DNA of 34,284 nt from a virus (Duplodnaviria > Caudoviricetes), in the IMG/VR virus record IMGVR_UViG_3300025875_000073, positions 1-34,284 of that record, one strand, 5' to 3'. The notes below the pieces were generated by a model. It ran no database searches. It was given only the letters and a program-made list of their open reading frames with translations, and was not told the DNA's origin. The translations under genes were made by a program, and so were the position numbers. Positions 23,131-32,087 of this stretch are shown in pieces. The first letter of the stretch is position 1. Each line of letters begins with the position of its first letter.

Positions 23131-24717
23131 GTGCGCGTGGCCCTCGCCGACCTGTTCCGCCGGCCCGCACCGGAGGCCACCGTGCCGCTGGCCGAACACG
23201 CCGCGCTCCGCAACGACTTCGAGCTGCTGTCCGAAGCCGTAGGCGACGGCATGGCCGCGCTCAGGCGTGAGGACGCCGGCTGGAAGAAGGTCGGCGGCAG
23301 CGACGCCGAGCTGATGACCCGCGCCGAGCTGATCGAGCTGCACCGCGTGTGCCTCATGGCCTACATCAAGGCCCCCCTGATCGGCCGCGGTGTGCGCCTG
23401 CGCAAGAACTACACGTGGGGCGGTGGCGTCGACGTCGCGGCCCGTGACGCGTCCCAGGACGACGGCGCCGACTCCCCCGTGAACGACTTGGTTCAGTCCG
23501 TCATGGACTCCGCGGAGTGGCAGCGCACCCTGGGCTCCGGGCAGGCCCGCGAGGAGCGGGAGGTCAACCTGCACACGGCCGGCGAGTTCTTCCTCCTCGC
23601 CGTGCACGACGAGATCGCGAAGACGGTGCGGCCCCGCTTGGTGCTGCCCGCGCAGATCGTCGACTACGTGGCGAACCCGGACGACCCGAACGATGTGTGG
23701 CTGTACAAGCGCACGTGGTCGACGAAGCGCACCGACCTGCGGTTCGTCGACCGCAACGGCCGCGTCCCGGCCCCGCAGACGGTGACCCGTACCGAGTGGC
23801 ATCCCACCCTCGGCTATGCGCGCGCCACTGGCCTGCGTGACCGGGTAATGCTGATCGGCTCGGACCCGGTGCGCTGGGACCAGCCCATCCAGCACTGCGC
23901 CATCAACTCCGTCGGCGAAGCCCCGTGGGGCGTGCCGACCGTGTACCCGGCGATCGACTGGGATCGGGCGTACGCCGACTACCTGTCGGGCTGGGCTGGG
24001 CTGATGAAGTCGCTGGCCCGGTACGCGTTCAAGGCCACGGCCCCGGCGAAGCACGGCGCGAAGGTGGCGCGGGCGCTGGGCAACGGGCGCGGCACGGACC
24101 CGATCACCGGTCAGGCGACGGATCCGACCGGGCAGACGGCGGTCATGTCCCCGGACGCCACGATGGCGCCGATGCACTCCTCCGGGGCCACGATCGACTC
24201 CGGGTCGGGCAAGCCGCTGGCCGGGATGGTCGCCGCCGCGCTGGACGTGCCGCTGACGATGCTGCTCGCAGACCCGGGCACCTCCGGCGCGCGCGCCGTG
24301 GCGGAGACGCTGGACCGGCCGCTGGAGCTCACCACCGGGTCGTCGCAGGAGCTGTGGACGGACTGGCTCAAGGCGTTCTTCGACCACGTCATCGCCGTCG
24401 CCATCGACGACCGGGTGCTGGCCGTCGGCGAGGACGCGGACACGACGGTGGACGTCACGTTCCCGCCGATCGCCGACCTCCCGCTCGACCAGCGCATGAA
24501 GGCCCTGGAGACCGCACGCGACTCCGACGCCCCACCGCTGCTCATCCTGCAGCTGATGCTGGAGGCCCTCGGCGTGGAGGACGTGGACGAGCTGCTCAAG
24601 GACCTAGTGGACGAGCGCGGGCAGTTCCAGAGCCCGCGCGCGATGGCCGATGCCGCCGCACGGCAGCGAGAACGGGACGGGGCGGCCGGATCGCAGGCAG
24701 AGGAGGCGTACCGGTGA
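23131..24717 (+). CDS. Portal protein
   Basis: Position after terL, 528 aa, GEFF and WGVPTVYPAIDW...Y...L portal-like segments. Start 23131 or 23137. Confidence 0.8.
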   Translation: MRVALADLFRRPAPEATVPLAEHAALRNDFELLSEAVGDGMAALRREDAGWKKVGGSDAELMTRAELIELHRVCLMAYIKAPLIGRGVRLRKNYTWGGGVDVAARDASQDDGADSPVNDLVQSVMDSAEWQRTLGSGQAREEREVNLHTAGEFFLLAVHDEIAKTVRPRLVLPAQIVDYVANPDDPNDVWLYKRTWSTKRTDLRFVDRNGRVPAPQTVTRTEWHPTLGYARATGLRDRVMLIGSDPVRWDQPIQHCAINSVGEAPWGVPTVYPAIDWDRAYADYLSGWAGLMKSLARYAFKATAPAKHGAKVARALGNGRGTDPITGQATDPTGQTAVMSPDATMAPMHSSGATIDSGSGKPLAGMVAAALDVPLTMLLADPGTSGARAVAETLDRPLELTTGSSQELWTDWLKAFFDHVIAVAIDDRVLAVGEDADTTVDVTFPPIADLPLDQRMKALETARDSDAPPLLILQLMLEALGVEDVDELLKDLVDERGQFQSPRAMADAAARQRERDGAAGSQAEEAYR

Positions 24718-24857
24718 AGGCGAAGCTGCCGACCATCTGGGGCACCTACTGTCCGCGATGCCGCACTGCGCGGCTTCGCGGGGCCTCGGTGATCTGCACC
24801 GGCGCCGTCGGCGTCGGATCTCATCCGCCCCAGGTCATCCAGGTCGTGGGGCGGTAG
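24714..24857 (+). CDS. 47-aa hypothetical protein
   Basis: GAGGAGG RBS, GTGA coupling, CPRC. Confidence 0.5.
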   Translation: MKAKLPTIWGTYCPRCRTARLRGASVICTGAVGVGSHPPQVIQVVGR

Positions 24858-24859
24858 TC

Positions 24860-25888
24860 GTGCCGGTCACCGCCAAGACGATCCGCCTCATGAAGGCCCT
24901 GGCCATCAACCTCGACCAGGTGATCGACCGGCAGCTGTCTGAACTCGGGCGCGCCTACGGCCTCGCCTGGGACACCGTGTCCGGGCAGCTGCTCGCCGCC
25001 CTGCTGGAGCTCGCCGACGAGCCGATCACCCGCGCCCGCGTGGAGCGGTCCTCCCGGATCGCGTCGGCGCTGCAGATTATTGCCGACCAGCTCGACCAGC
25101 TTGCGGCGCAGTCTGCGGTGGTGATCACCGACGCGCTCGGGCAGGTCACGTCGATCAGCGTCGCCGCGCAGGCGGCGATCGCCGGATCGCAGCTGCCCGC
25201 GGCCGGCTACCCGCTGGTGGACGTCAACCCGGACGTGATCGGGACGATCGTGGCCAGGACGAGCCAGCAAATCGTGAGCCGCACCCGGCCGCTGTCGCAG
25301 GCCGGGCAGGTCGCGGTCCGCACCGCACTCGTGCAGGGCGCCGCGGCGTCGGACAACCCGGTGAAGACGGCGCGCAACATGGTGCGGCTGGCCAGGGCCG
25401 GTGCCGTGGACCTGCCGCTCACCCGCGCCGAAGCCATCGCGAGGACCGAGCTTCTCGATGCGAGTCGAGCGGCGACGCAAGCGTGGGGGCAGGCGAACGC
25501 TTCGACGCTGCAGGGCTGGGAGTGGCTCAGCAGCAGGTCGGCCACCACCTGCCCCGCGTGCTGGGCGCAAGACGGCACCATCCACGAGCTCGACGAGACC
25601 GGCCCCGACGGGCACGTCAACTGCCGGTGCACCCGAATGCTGCGCACCAAGACCTGGCACGAACTCGGCATCGACCTCGATGAGCCGGCCGGGCTGCAGC
25701 GCATCTCCGCTGAGGACCACTTCCGCACCCTGGACCGGGAGCAGCAGCTCGCGATCATGGGCCCGGCGCGACTGAAAGCGCTGGACGACGGCGCCCCGTG
25801 GTCGTCGCTCACCGTCGAGAAGCCGAACGTCGACTGGCGGCGGTCATTCGCCGTCCGGCCCGTCCGGGATCTCGCGCAAGTCGCCTGA
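24860..25888 (+). CDS. MuF/SPP1 gp7-like minor head protein
   Basis: IARTE, WEWLS...TCPACWAQDG...GHVNCRC. Confidence 0.88.
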   Translation: MPVTAKTIRLMKALAINLDQVIDRQLSELGRAYGLAWDTVSGQLLAALLELADEPITRARVERSSRIASALQIIADQLDQLAAQSAVVITDALGQVTSISVAAQAAIAGSQLPAAGYPLVDVNPDVIGTIVARTSQQIVSRTRPLSQAGQVAVRTALVQGAAASDNPVKTARNMVRLARAGAVDLPLTRAEAIARTELLDASRAATQAWGQANASTLQGWEWLSSRSATTCPACWAQDGTIHELDETGPDGHVNCRCTRMLRTKTWHELGIDLDEPAGLQRISAEDHFRTLDREQQLAIMGPARLKALDDGAPWSSLTVEKPNVDWRRSFAVRPVRDLAQVA

Positions 25889-26146
25889 CGCCTTCACCTC
25901 GCCGAACGCGACGCCCTGCCGGAACCCGGCGGACCAGGCTCGCTGAGTGGCGTCAGCATCGAACGAGTCAAGCGCGTCGATGACCAGCCAGGCGGCGTAG
26001 TCACTCACCTCGCTACCCATCCCGGCCAGCGCGCCCTGGTTGATGGCGCGCTTCGCCACCTCGATCCGCATGTCCCCCTCGCGGGCGGCCAGGAACCGCT
26101 CCCAGTAGCCGGGGTCGTTGTCGTCGATGAACTCAGCTGTCGTCAC
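25844..26146 (-). CDS. Counter-oriented accessory (moron-like) hypothetical protein
   Basis: 100-aa protein-like ORF filling a gap in the late operon; bracketed by a 13-bp direct repeat. Confidence 0.6.
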   Translation of the reverse strand: MTTAEFIDDNDPGYWERFLAAREGDMRIEVAKRAINQGALAGMGSEVSDYAAWLVIDALDSFDADATQRAWSAGFRQGVAFGEVKASGDLREIPDGPDGE

Positions 26147-26325
26147 ACCCTGTATGACGACGAACCTCCGTCATTCGTCCGGTCGCCTGACGCCGGGGTC
26201 ACTGCGATCACCCCGCACACCCGGCAGCGGTCCACCAGCAGCGCACCCCGCCCGTCCAACACCATCCGGGCCAGCCACCAGTCATGCGGGCAGTCGGGAT
26301 CGTCAAGAACGCCCAAACCGGCCTC

Positions 26326-26406
26326 CGACCTGGCATAATGGCAGCAAGAGACCCCCGCGACGGCTGTAACCGCCCGGGGGCATGGTCAACCCGGGTAGGG
26401 GTCAAC
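26326..26406 (+). promoter_or_regulatory. HNH-associated promoter and structured leader, copy 3
   Basis: CGACCTGG-CATAAT-GGCAGCAAGA, CCCCCG/CGGGGG stem enclosing CGG-CTGTAA-CCG. Confidence 0.7.
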
Positions 26407-27114
26407 GTGCTAGATCGTACGTGCTCAATCGACGGTTGCGACAGCCTCGTCATCGCCCGCGGATGGTGCAGCAAGCACTACCAGCGGTGGATGAAGCACG
26501 GCGACCCGCTCGCCGTGCCGCCGCGCAGAGCCCCGAAGCCGCGAGCACCTCGCCCTGTCCGTCTCTGTTCCATAGAGGGCTGCGGCGGCAAGCACGCCGC
26601 TCATGGTCTCTGCAACAAGCACGCCATGAAGAAGTGGCGAGACGAAAACCTCGACGCCGCCCGCGAGAGGGCTGCGATGCATCGTGCGCGCCCGGAGAAC
26701 CGGGAAAAGGCGCGAGCCAACGTGGCGGCTTGGCGCGACGCCAACCCTGAGCGAAACCTAGAGGCCCAGCGCCGCTGGTACGCGGCCAATAGGGATCGGG
26801 TGCGCGAGTACCGGCGCCAGTACCGCGAGGCCAACCGCGACGCCATCCGCACGGCGAACAACAAGCGCAAGGCAATGCACCGCGGCGCTGAGGTCAACGA
26901 CCTGACTGGCGCCGAGTGGACCACGATCAAGGCCGCCTACGGCCAACGCTGCGCCTACTGCCACATCAAGCCGAAGCGGCTCACTCAGGACCACGTGATC
27001 CCGCTCGCCAAGGGCGGCCACCACACCGCCTCCAACGTCGTGCCCGCCTGCCAGCCCTGCAACAGCCGCAAGGGCGACCGCGCGGCACCCATCTACCAAC
27101 CACTGCTCATGTAG
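26407..27114 (+). CDS. HNH endonuclease (McrA-type C-terminal domain)
   Basis: Two CSI(D/E)GC..G.C..H modules; CAYC...DHVIPLAKGG...NVVPACQPCNSRKG. Confidence 0.9.
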   Translation: MLDRTCSIDGCDSLVIARGWCSKHYQRWMKHGDPLAVPPRRAPKPRAPRPVRLCSIEGCGGKHAAHGLCNKHAMKKWRDENLDAARERAAMHRARPENREKARANVAAWRDANPERNLEAQRRWYAANRDRVREYRRQYREANRDAIRTANNKRKAMHRGAEVNDLTGAEWTTIKAAYGQRCAYCHIKPKRLTQDHVIPLAKGGHHTASNVVPACQPCNSRKGDRAAPIYQPLLM

Positions 27115-27128
27115 CACCAGGAGGTCTC

Positions 27129-28409
27129 GTGCCTGTACCGATCAACGAATCAGTCCAGGTCCAAGAGGCCGAATCGCTCGGGAACGGCCGGTACCGCGTG
27201 GTGGCCATCACGGCCGGGGTCGGAAGCTCCGGTCGCTATCCGGTCGAGACGCTGCGCGAGGCCGCGAACCGCAACCTACTGTCCCGCGGCACGCATTCCT
27301 TCTGGGACCACGACACCACTTCCGGCCGCACCGAGCGCCCCGAACGCTCCGTCCGAGACCTCGTCGGAGTGTTCACCTCCGACGCCGTCTGGGACGAGAG
27401 CTTGCAGGGGCTGGTCGCCGAGTATCAGGTGTTCAAGCCCTACCGCGAGCTGTTCTCCGATCTCGCCGAGCACGTTGGCCTGTCCATCGTGGGCGACGGC
27501 GACGTGGTCATGGAGAACGGCGAGAGGGTCGTGAAGTCGCTGGAGCACATCCACAGCGTCGACCTGGTAACTCGCGCCGGCCGCGGCGGCAAGGTGCTGT
27601 CCCTGCTGGAGTCCGCCCGCCCCGACACGGTGAACGCCCGGGCGGTGGCGAACGGCGTTGCCGAGGCCACCGCCAACGAGCGCCGCGAGCTGCTGCAGGA
27701 CGCCCTCAAGACCGCGTTCGGCGCTGAAGACACCTACGTGTGGGTGCGCGACTTCGACGACACCAGTGTGTGGTTCGACCTCGACACCCCCGACGAGTCG
27801 GCCACCTGGCAGCTGACCTACACCGCAGGCGACAGCGGCGTGGCCCTCTCCGGCGAGCCCACCCGGGTGCGCGCGGAGACCCGATACGTCCCGGTCGACC
27901 CGGCCGCGGATACCCCCACCCAGGAGTCCCAGGAGGACACCATGCCCCAGATCGAGGAAGCGCAGCTGCGCTCGCTCGAAGAGGCCGCTGGCCGGGTGCC
28001 CACGCTCGAGTCCGAGCGTGACGCCGCCGTCCAGCGCGCCACCACCGCCGAGGCCAAGCTCGCCGAGACCGACGCCCGCGCCGCGGCCCGGCCGACCGTC
28101 GCCGCGAAGGTCGCCGAGTCCAAGACGCTGGGCGCGCGTACGCAGCTGCGCCTGGTCGAGTCCATCGTCGGCTCGCTGCCGGTCAAGGACGGTGCCATCG
28201 CCGACGAGGCGCTGACCGCGGCCGTCGAGTCCGCCGTCAAGGCCGCCGAGGCTGAGATCGCCGACTACGCGCCGGCCGCGCCCACGTCCCTGTTCGGGAC
28301 GTTCGGCTCCGCGCAGGAGTCCGCCACCGGTGAGGGCGCCCAGCTCACCGAGTCCACCGTCGACGCCAACATCGGCGCCGCCTTCGGCCGCACCGTGAAG
28401 GAGGCCTGA
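27129..28409 (+). CDS. Capsid maturation protease / scaffold fusion
   Basis: AGGAGG RBS; WDH, GLSI, SVDLVT.AGRGG; Ala/Glu coiled C-terminus; internal RBS+ATG at 27942. Confidence 0.82.
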   Translation: MPVPINESVQVQEAESLGNGRYRVVAITAGVGSSGRYPVETLREAANRNLLSRGTHSFWDHDTTSGRTERPERSVRDLVGVFTSDAVWDESLQGLVAEYQVFKPYRELFSDLAEHVGLSIVGDGDVVMENGERVVKSLEHIHSVDLVTRAGRGGKVLSLLESARPDTVNARAVANGVAEATANERRELLQDALKTAFGAEDTYVWVRDFDDTSVWFDLDTPDESATWQLTYTAGDSGVALSGEPTRVRAETRYVPVDPAADTPTQESQEDTMPQIEEAQLRSLEEAAGRVPTLESERDAAVQRATTAEAKLAETDARAAARPTVAAKVAESKTLGARTQLRLVESIVGSLPVKDGAIADEALTAAVESAVKAAEAEIADYAPAAPTSLFGTFGSAQESATGEGAQLTESTVDANIGAAFGRTVKEA

Positions 28410-28411
28410 CC

Positions 28412-28753
28412 ATGGCCCGCAACGAGGTCTTCCGCGACGCCGACCACCTGTCGCTGCCCGTCCCCGCCGACACGGCCGCCGGCACCCCGGTGATCGTCGG
28501 CTCGCTCGTCGGCATCACCCAGACCGCACGCGGCCAGGGCGGCAACACCGCCGAGAACGCCACCGTCTGGCTCAAGGGCGGCCACCGCGTCGACGTCACC
28601 GGCGCCATCGCCGCCGTCGGCACACCGGTCTACATCCCGGCCGGCGGCGGCGCGCTGACCGCGACCGCGACCGGCAACACCGTCTGGGGCTACGCCCTGG
28701 AGACCAAGGGCTCCGGCACCGGACCCATCGTCGTCAAGATCGCCCAGGTCTGA
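28412..28753 (+). CDS. DUF2190-like capsid cement/decoration protein
   Basis: MARNEVF...GTPVIVGSLVG...G.PVY; between protease and capsid genes. Confidence 0.75.
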   Translation: MARNEVFRDADHLSLPVPADTAAGTPVIVGSLVGITQTARGQGGNTAENATVWLKGGHRVDVTGAIAAVGTPVYIPAGGGALTATATGNTVWGYALETKGSGTGPIVVKIAQV

Positions 28754-28767
28754 GGAGACACCCGACC

Positions 28768-29901
28768 ATGAACAGCTTCGTCAACGAGTCGGCGTCCCTC
28801 ACCGGAGCCGACGCCACCAGCTTCGGCCTCGGTGGCCGCCGACGCCTGTCCCCGCAGCGTCTCGCGCTGGTCAACGAGGCCGCCACCATGTGGGGCCGCG
28901 TCTTCGCCGGCGACCGCCGCGCCGCCCTGGACGTGCAGGAGGCGCTCACCACCTCGGACCTGTTCGTCTCCGCCACCGGTGACGTCCTCGACCGGGAGCT
29001 GCTGGCTCGCTACCAGGACCTGCCGGCCGTGTGGTCGCAGTACGCGTCCCGCACCACCGTGCGCGACTTCCGGCCGAAGAAGATGATCGACCTCCTCGGC
29101 GGTCGCGCCGCCCTGGACCGGGTGCCCGAGCTCACCGAGTACCCGGCGCGCGACATCTCCGCGAACGAGCGAGAGATCTCGGTCGGCAAGTTCGGTGGCC
29201 GGTTCGCCATCAGCTGGGAGTCGATCATCAACGACGACATCGACCAGCTGCGCGACCTGCCCGGCAACCTGGCCATCGGCGCCCGCGACACCGAGTCCCG
29301 CACCGCCGCCAGCGTCCTCGCGAAGCGGGGCAGCGGCAACGACGTGCTGTTCAAGTCGGGCAACAACAACCTGCTGACCGGCAACCCGACGCTGTCGATC
29401 AACTCGCTGTCCGCGGCGCTGACCACCGTCGGCACCCGCAAGGACTCGCAGGGTCGACCGATCGTCGTCACCGCCGCAGTCCTCGTCGTCCCGCCGGCGC
29501 TGGAGGTCGTCGCCAACAACGTCGTCGGCGCCCTTCAGATCAAGACGACCGACGGCGACCAGGAGGTCACGGTCGCCAACTGGCTGGCGCGGCGGGTCAC
29601 CGTCGTCGTCGACCCGTGGCTGTCGGTGGTCGACACCAGCAACACGGCGAACAGCACCTGGTACCTGCTGCCCGCCCCGACCACGGCCCGCCCCGCCCTC
29701 GCGGTGGCGTTCCTCCGCGGCCACGAGCAGCCCGAGCTGCGGGTCAAGGCCGACACCGGCCAGGCCGTCGGCGGCGGGCAGATCGGCGCCGAGGAGGGGT
29801 CGTTCGACATCGACGACGTGCAGTACCGGGTGCGCCACGTCCTCGGTTCGGCCCCGATCGATCCCATCGCCACCGCGATGAGCACGGGCGCCGGCTCCTG
29901 A
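28768..29901 (+). CDS. Major capsid protein (Mu gpT-like)
   Basis: TTSD, VRDFRP, KFGGRFAISWESIINDDI, LVVPPALE, WYL...AFLRG, YRVRH. Confidence 0.9.
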   Translation: MNSFVNESASLTGADATSFGLGGRRRLSPQRLALVNEAATMWGRVFAGDRRAALDVQEALTTSDLFVSATGDVLDRELLARYQDLPAVWSQYASRTTVRDFRPKKMIDLLGGRAALDRVPELTEYPARDISANEREISVGKFGGRFAISWESIINDDIDQLRDLPGNLAIGARDTESRTAASVLAKRGSGNDVLFKSGNNNLLTGNPTLSINSLSAALTTVGTRKDSQGRPIVVTAAVLVVPPALEVVANNVVGALQIKTTDGDQEVTVANWLARRVTVVVDPWLSVVDTSNTANSTWYLLPAPTTARPALAVAFLRGHEQPELRVKADTGQAVGGGQIGAEEGSFDIDDVQYRVRHVLGSAPIDPIATAMSTGAGS

Positions 29902-29907
29902 CCCACC

Positions 29908-29936
29908 GCCCGGCCGTGACGCGACCACGGCCGGGC
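29908..29936 (+). terminator. 11-bp hairpin after the capsid gene
   Basis: GCCCGGCCGTG-N7-CACGGCCGGGC. Confidence 0.55.
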
Positions 29937-30098
29937 CCCTGACCTGACGCCGGGGCGACGCCCGGTCCCCCAAGGGCCTCGCTCCCTGCTGTTACCGGTA
30001 AGGCCGGCGGGCCGGGTCCACGGGGGTACCTTCCCCGGCTGCCATCGCCGCGTCCTGCGCCCCGGCGTCACCCCCTCCGACCGTGGCCAGGAGGCACC

Positions 30099-30446
30099 GT
30101 GACTGAACCCAGCCCGTCCCGGGCGGCGGTGCGCACCCTCACCGGCCTGCTCGCCGCCGACATCGACGACAGCGAGATCGACGCGCTGCTCGAGATGCAC
30201 GGCGGCGCGGTGAAGCTGGCCGCGGCGGACGCCCTCGAGGTGGTCGCCGGGCAGCTGGTCACCGCCGTGTCCTCCGACGACATCAGCCTCGACGGGTCGA
30301 AGCGGGCCACCGTGCTCATGGCCCGCGCCCGCACACTGCGCGCGCAGGCAGCCGACGAGGCGGCCGCGTCCGACGACGGGTTCTTCTTCGACGTCGTGGG
30401 CGGGGTCGGCTCCCGCCCGGAGCTGACCGAGCGGGGCCAGTGGTGA
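30099..30446 (+). CDS. Head-to-tail adaptor
   Basis: AGGAGG RBS; position; DSEIDALL...VKLAAADALE pattern. Confidence 0.65.
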   Translation: MTEPSPSRAAVRTLTGLLAADIDDSEIDALLEMHGGAVKLAAADALEVVAGQLVTAVSSDDISLDGSKRATVLMARARTLRAQAADEAAASDDGFFFDVVGGVGSRPELTERGQW

Positions 30447-30919
30447 ACGTGGCCGACCAGTACGCGGCGGCCATGCAGCAGCTGACGGCGGCCCGTACCG
30501 CGCAGATGCTCGACGCCGGCGTGGCCACCCGGCCGACCGACCCCGGCCAGACACCGGATCTGGACGCCGACGGCAACGTGGCCGGCCCGCCCGAGCGCGA
30601 GGTGTACGCGGGCCCCGGGATCGTGGCCGACCCGTCCAGCGGGCAGAAAGCCCCCCAGGGCAGCGTCAACGATCAGGGCGGGGTGCCCAACGCGCGTGTG
30701 CTGCGTCTCCCCGTCGACTCCCCCGACCTGCGGCCCGGCGACACGTGGACGGTCACCACATCCATGGCCTCGCCGAGCCTCGTCGGCGACCAGTTCGTCG
30801 TCGTCGGCGAAGAGGAACGGTCCTTCGCCACCTACCGCCGCTACCTACTGAAGGGGTCGTCGTGGCTACCTCCGGCAGATGGCACGTCGACGGAGCCCGA
30901 GAGCTCGTCGCCCGCCTAG
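30440..30919 (+). CDS. Head-to-tail stopper (DUF6093-like)
   Basis: VYAGPG...LRLP...LRPGD.WTVT...SLVG..F...T.RR. Confidence 0.65.
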   Translation: MVNVADQYAAAMQQLTAARTAQMLDAGVATRPTDPGQTPDLDADGNVAGPPEREVYAGPGIVADPSSGQKAPQGSVNDQGGVPNARVLRLPVDSPDLRPGDTWTVTTSMASPSLVGDQFVVVGEEERSFATYRRYLLKGSSWLPPADGTSTEPESSSPA

Positions 30920-31284
30920 AGCGAGGCGCCACGCAGGTCGATGACCTGATGCCCGTGGTCGTGGAGAAGTCCACCGCCGACCTGGTCGCCCTCACGCAGC
31001 AGAACGCGTCGGGACGGCCGGGCCCGAACGCCCCCACCGGGGATTACCGCGGGTCGTGGGAGTCGAGCAGGGTCGACGCCGCCGACCCCAACTCGGTGTC
31101 GTGGTCGGCGGGTACCGACCGGGTGCAGGCGAACCGCCTGGAGTACGGGTTCGTGGGCGTCGACTCGATCGGCCGGCACTACGCGCAGCCGCCGTACGAG
31201 CATCTGGCCCCGGCCGTTGACGTCATCGAGCCGGTCTTCGAGGCGGCCATGGCGAAGGTTGCTGAACGGGCGGTCGACTGGTGA
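30862..31284 (+). CDS. HK97 gp10-like neck/tail completion protein
   Basis: TGDYRGSW, RLEYGF.G.DS.GRHY.QPP..HL.PA. Confidence 0.8.
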   Translation: MATSGRWHVDGARELVARLERGATQVDDLMPVVVEKSTADLVALTQQNASGRPGPNAPTGDYRGSWESSRVDAADPNSVSWSAGTDRVQANRLEYGFVGVDSIGRHYAQPPYEHLAPAVDVIEPVFEAAMAKVAERAVDW

Positions 31285-31751
31285 CCGACCCTCTCGCGTC
31301 CCCGCCGCTGGACCTGGTCACCACCGCCGTGCTGACCCTGCTGCGCGGCGACGTCGCCAAGGACCGGCCCCGCTGGGTGTACGACGCCGGGTACGCGGGC
31401 GACCCGCTCAAGCCGCCGTACCCGTACGGGCTGCTGTACCGGCTCACCGGCGGCTCCACCGACCCGTTCCCCACCCTGGATGACGACCCGCGCGAAGTGA
31501 CCGTCCCCTACCAGGTCACCGCCGTCGGCCAGTACCGCAACCAGTGCGAACGGGCCGGGCAGCACTACCGCGACCGGCTCCTGGCCCGCACCGCAGACGG
31601 CTACACGCACCCGCTGCTGCTGCCGGACGGCTGGCAGTGCATCCGCCGCCGACCCGACCCGGCCATGCCTGGCATCGACCGGTCCGGCGCCCACCCCAAC
31701 ACCGTGTTCTCCCTGCCCGCCCGCTACCTGCTCACCATCGCCCCAGCCTGA
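31281..31751 (+). CDS. Tail terminator
   Basis: Position; VYD...PYG.LY...YQVTAVG. Confidence 0.65.
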   Translation: MTDPLASPPLDLVTTAVLTLLRGDVAKDRPRWVYDAGYAGDPLKPPYPYGLLYRLTGGSTDPFPTLDDDPREVTVPYQVTAVGQYRNQCERAGQHYRDRLLARTADGYTHPLLLPDGWQCIRRRPDPAMPGIDRSGAHPNTVFSLPARYLLTIAPA

Positions 31752-31764
31752 GGAGACCCCGCCC

Positions 31765-32085
31765 ATGTTCCGCATCGCGCACCCGAACGTCGAAGGCGAC
31801 GCCGTTATCGGCGAACGGGCCCTCGCAGCCGCCGCCGCCAAGGGCTGGGTCCTGGTCGGCCGCGTCGACGCCACCGCAGTCGCCGAGCCCGGCGCCGAGC
31901 TGAAGCAGCCCGCCAAGTCCGCGTCCGCCGCCGCGTGGAAGACGTACGCCGTCGCCACCGGCATGCCCTACGACGACGCGATGGCCCTCGGCCGCGACGA
32001 ACTCGCCGAGCTGTACCAGCCCAGCCCCGCCCCCAAGGCACCCGCCAAGGCCGCGCCCGCGGTCACGAACACCCAGGAGTCCTGA
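31765..32085 (+). CDS. Small virion-associated or hypothetical protein
   Basis: GAGGAG RBS; PAKSASAAAWKTYA...RDEL helical module. Confidence 0.7.
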   Translation: MFRIAHPNVEGDAVIGERALAAAAAKGWVLVGRVDATAVAEPGAELKQPAKSASAAAWKTYAVATGMPYDDAMALGRDELAELYQPSPAPKAPAKAAPAVTNTQES

Positions 32086-32087
32086 CC

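Noticed and set aside
26284-26406. N-terminal extensions of HNH ORFs (ATG 26284; ATG 14011)
   Set aside because: They run through the conserved promoter/leader; downstream starts have RBSs, and 26407 aligns with the 22497 start. Coupled translation from 14011 cannot be excluded.
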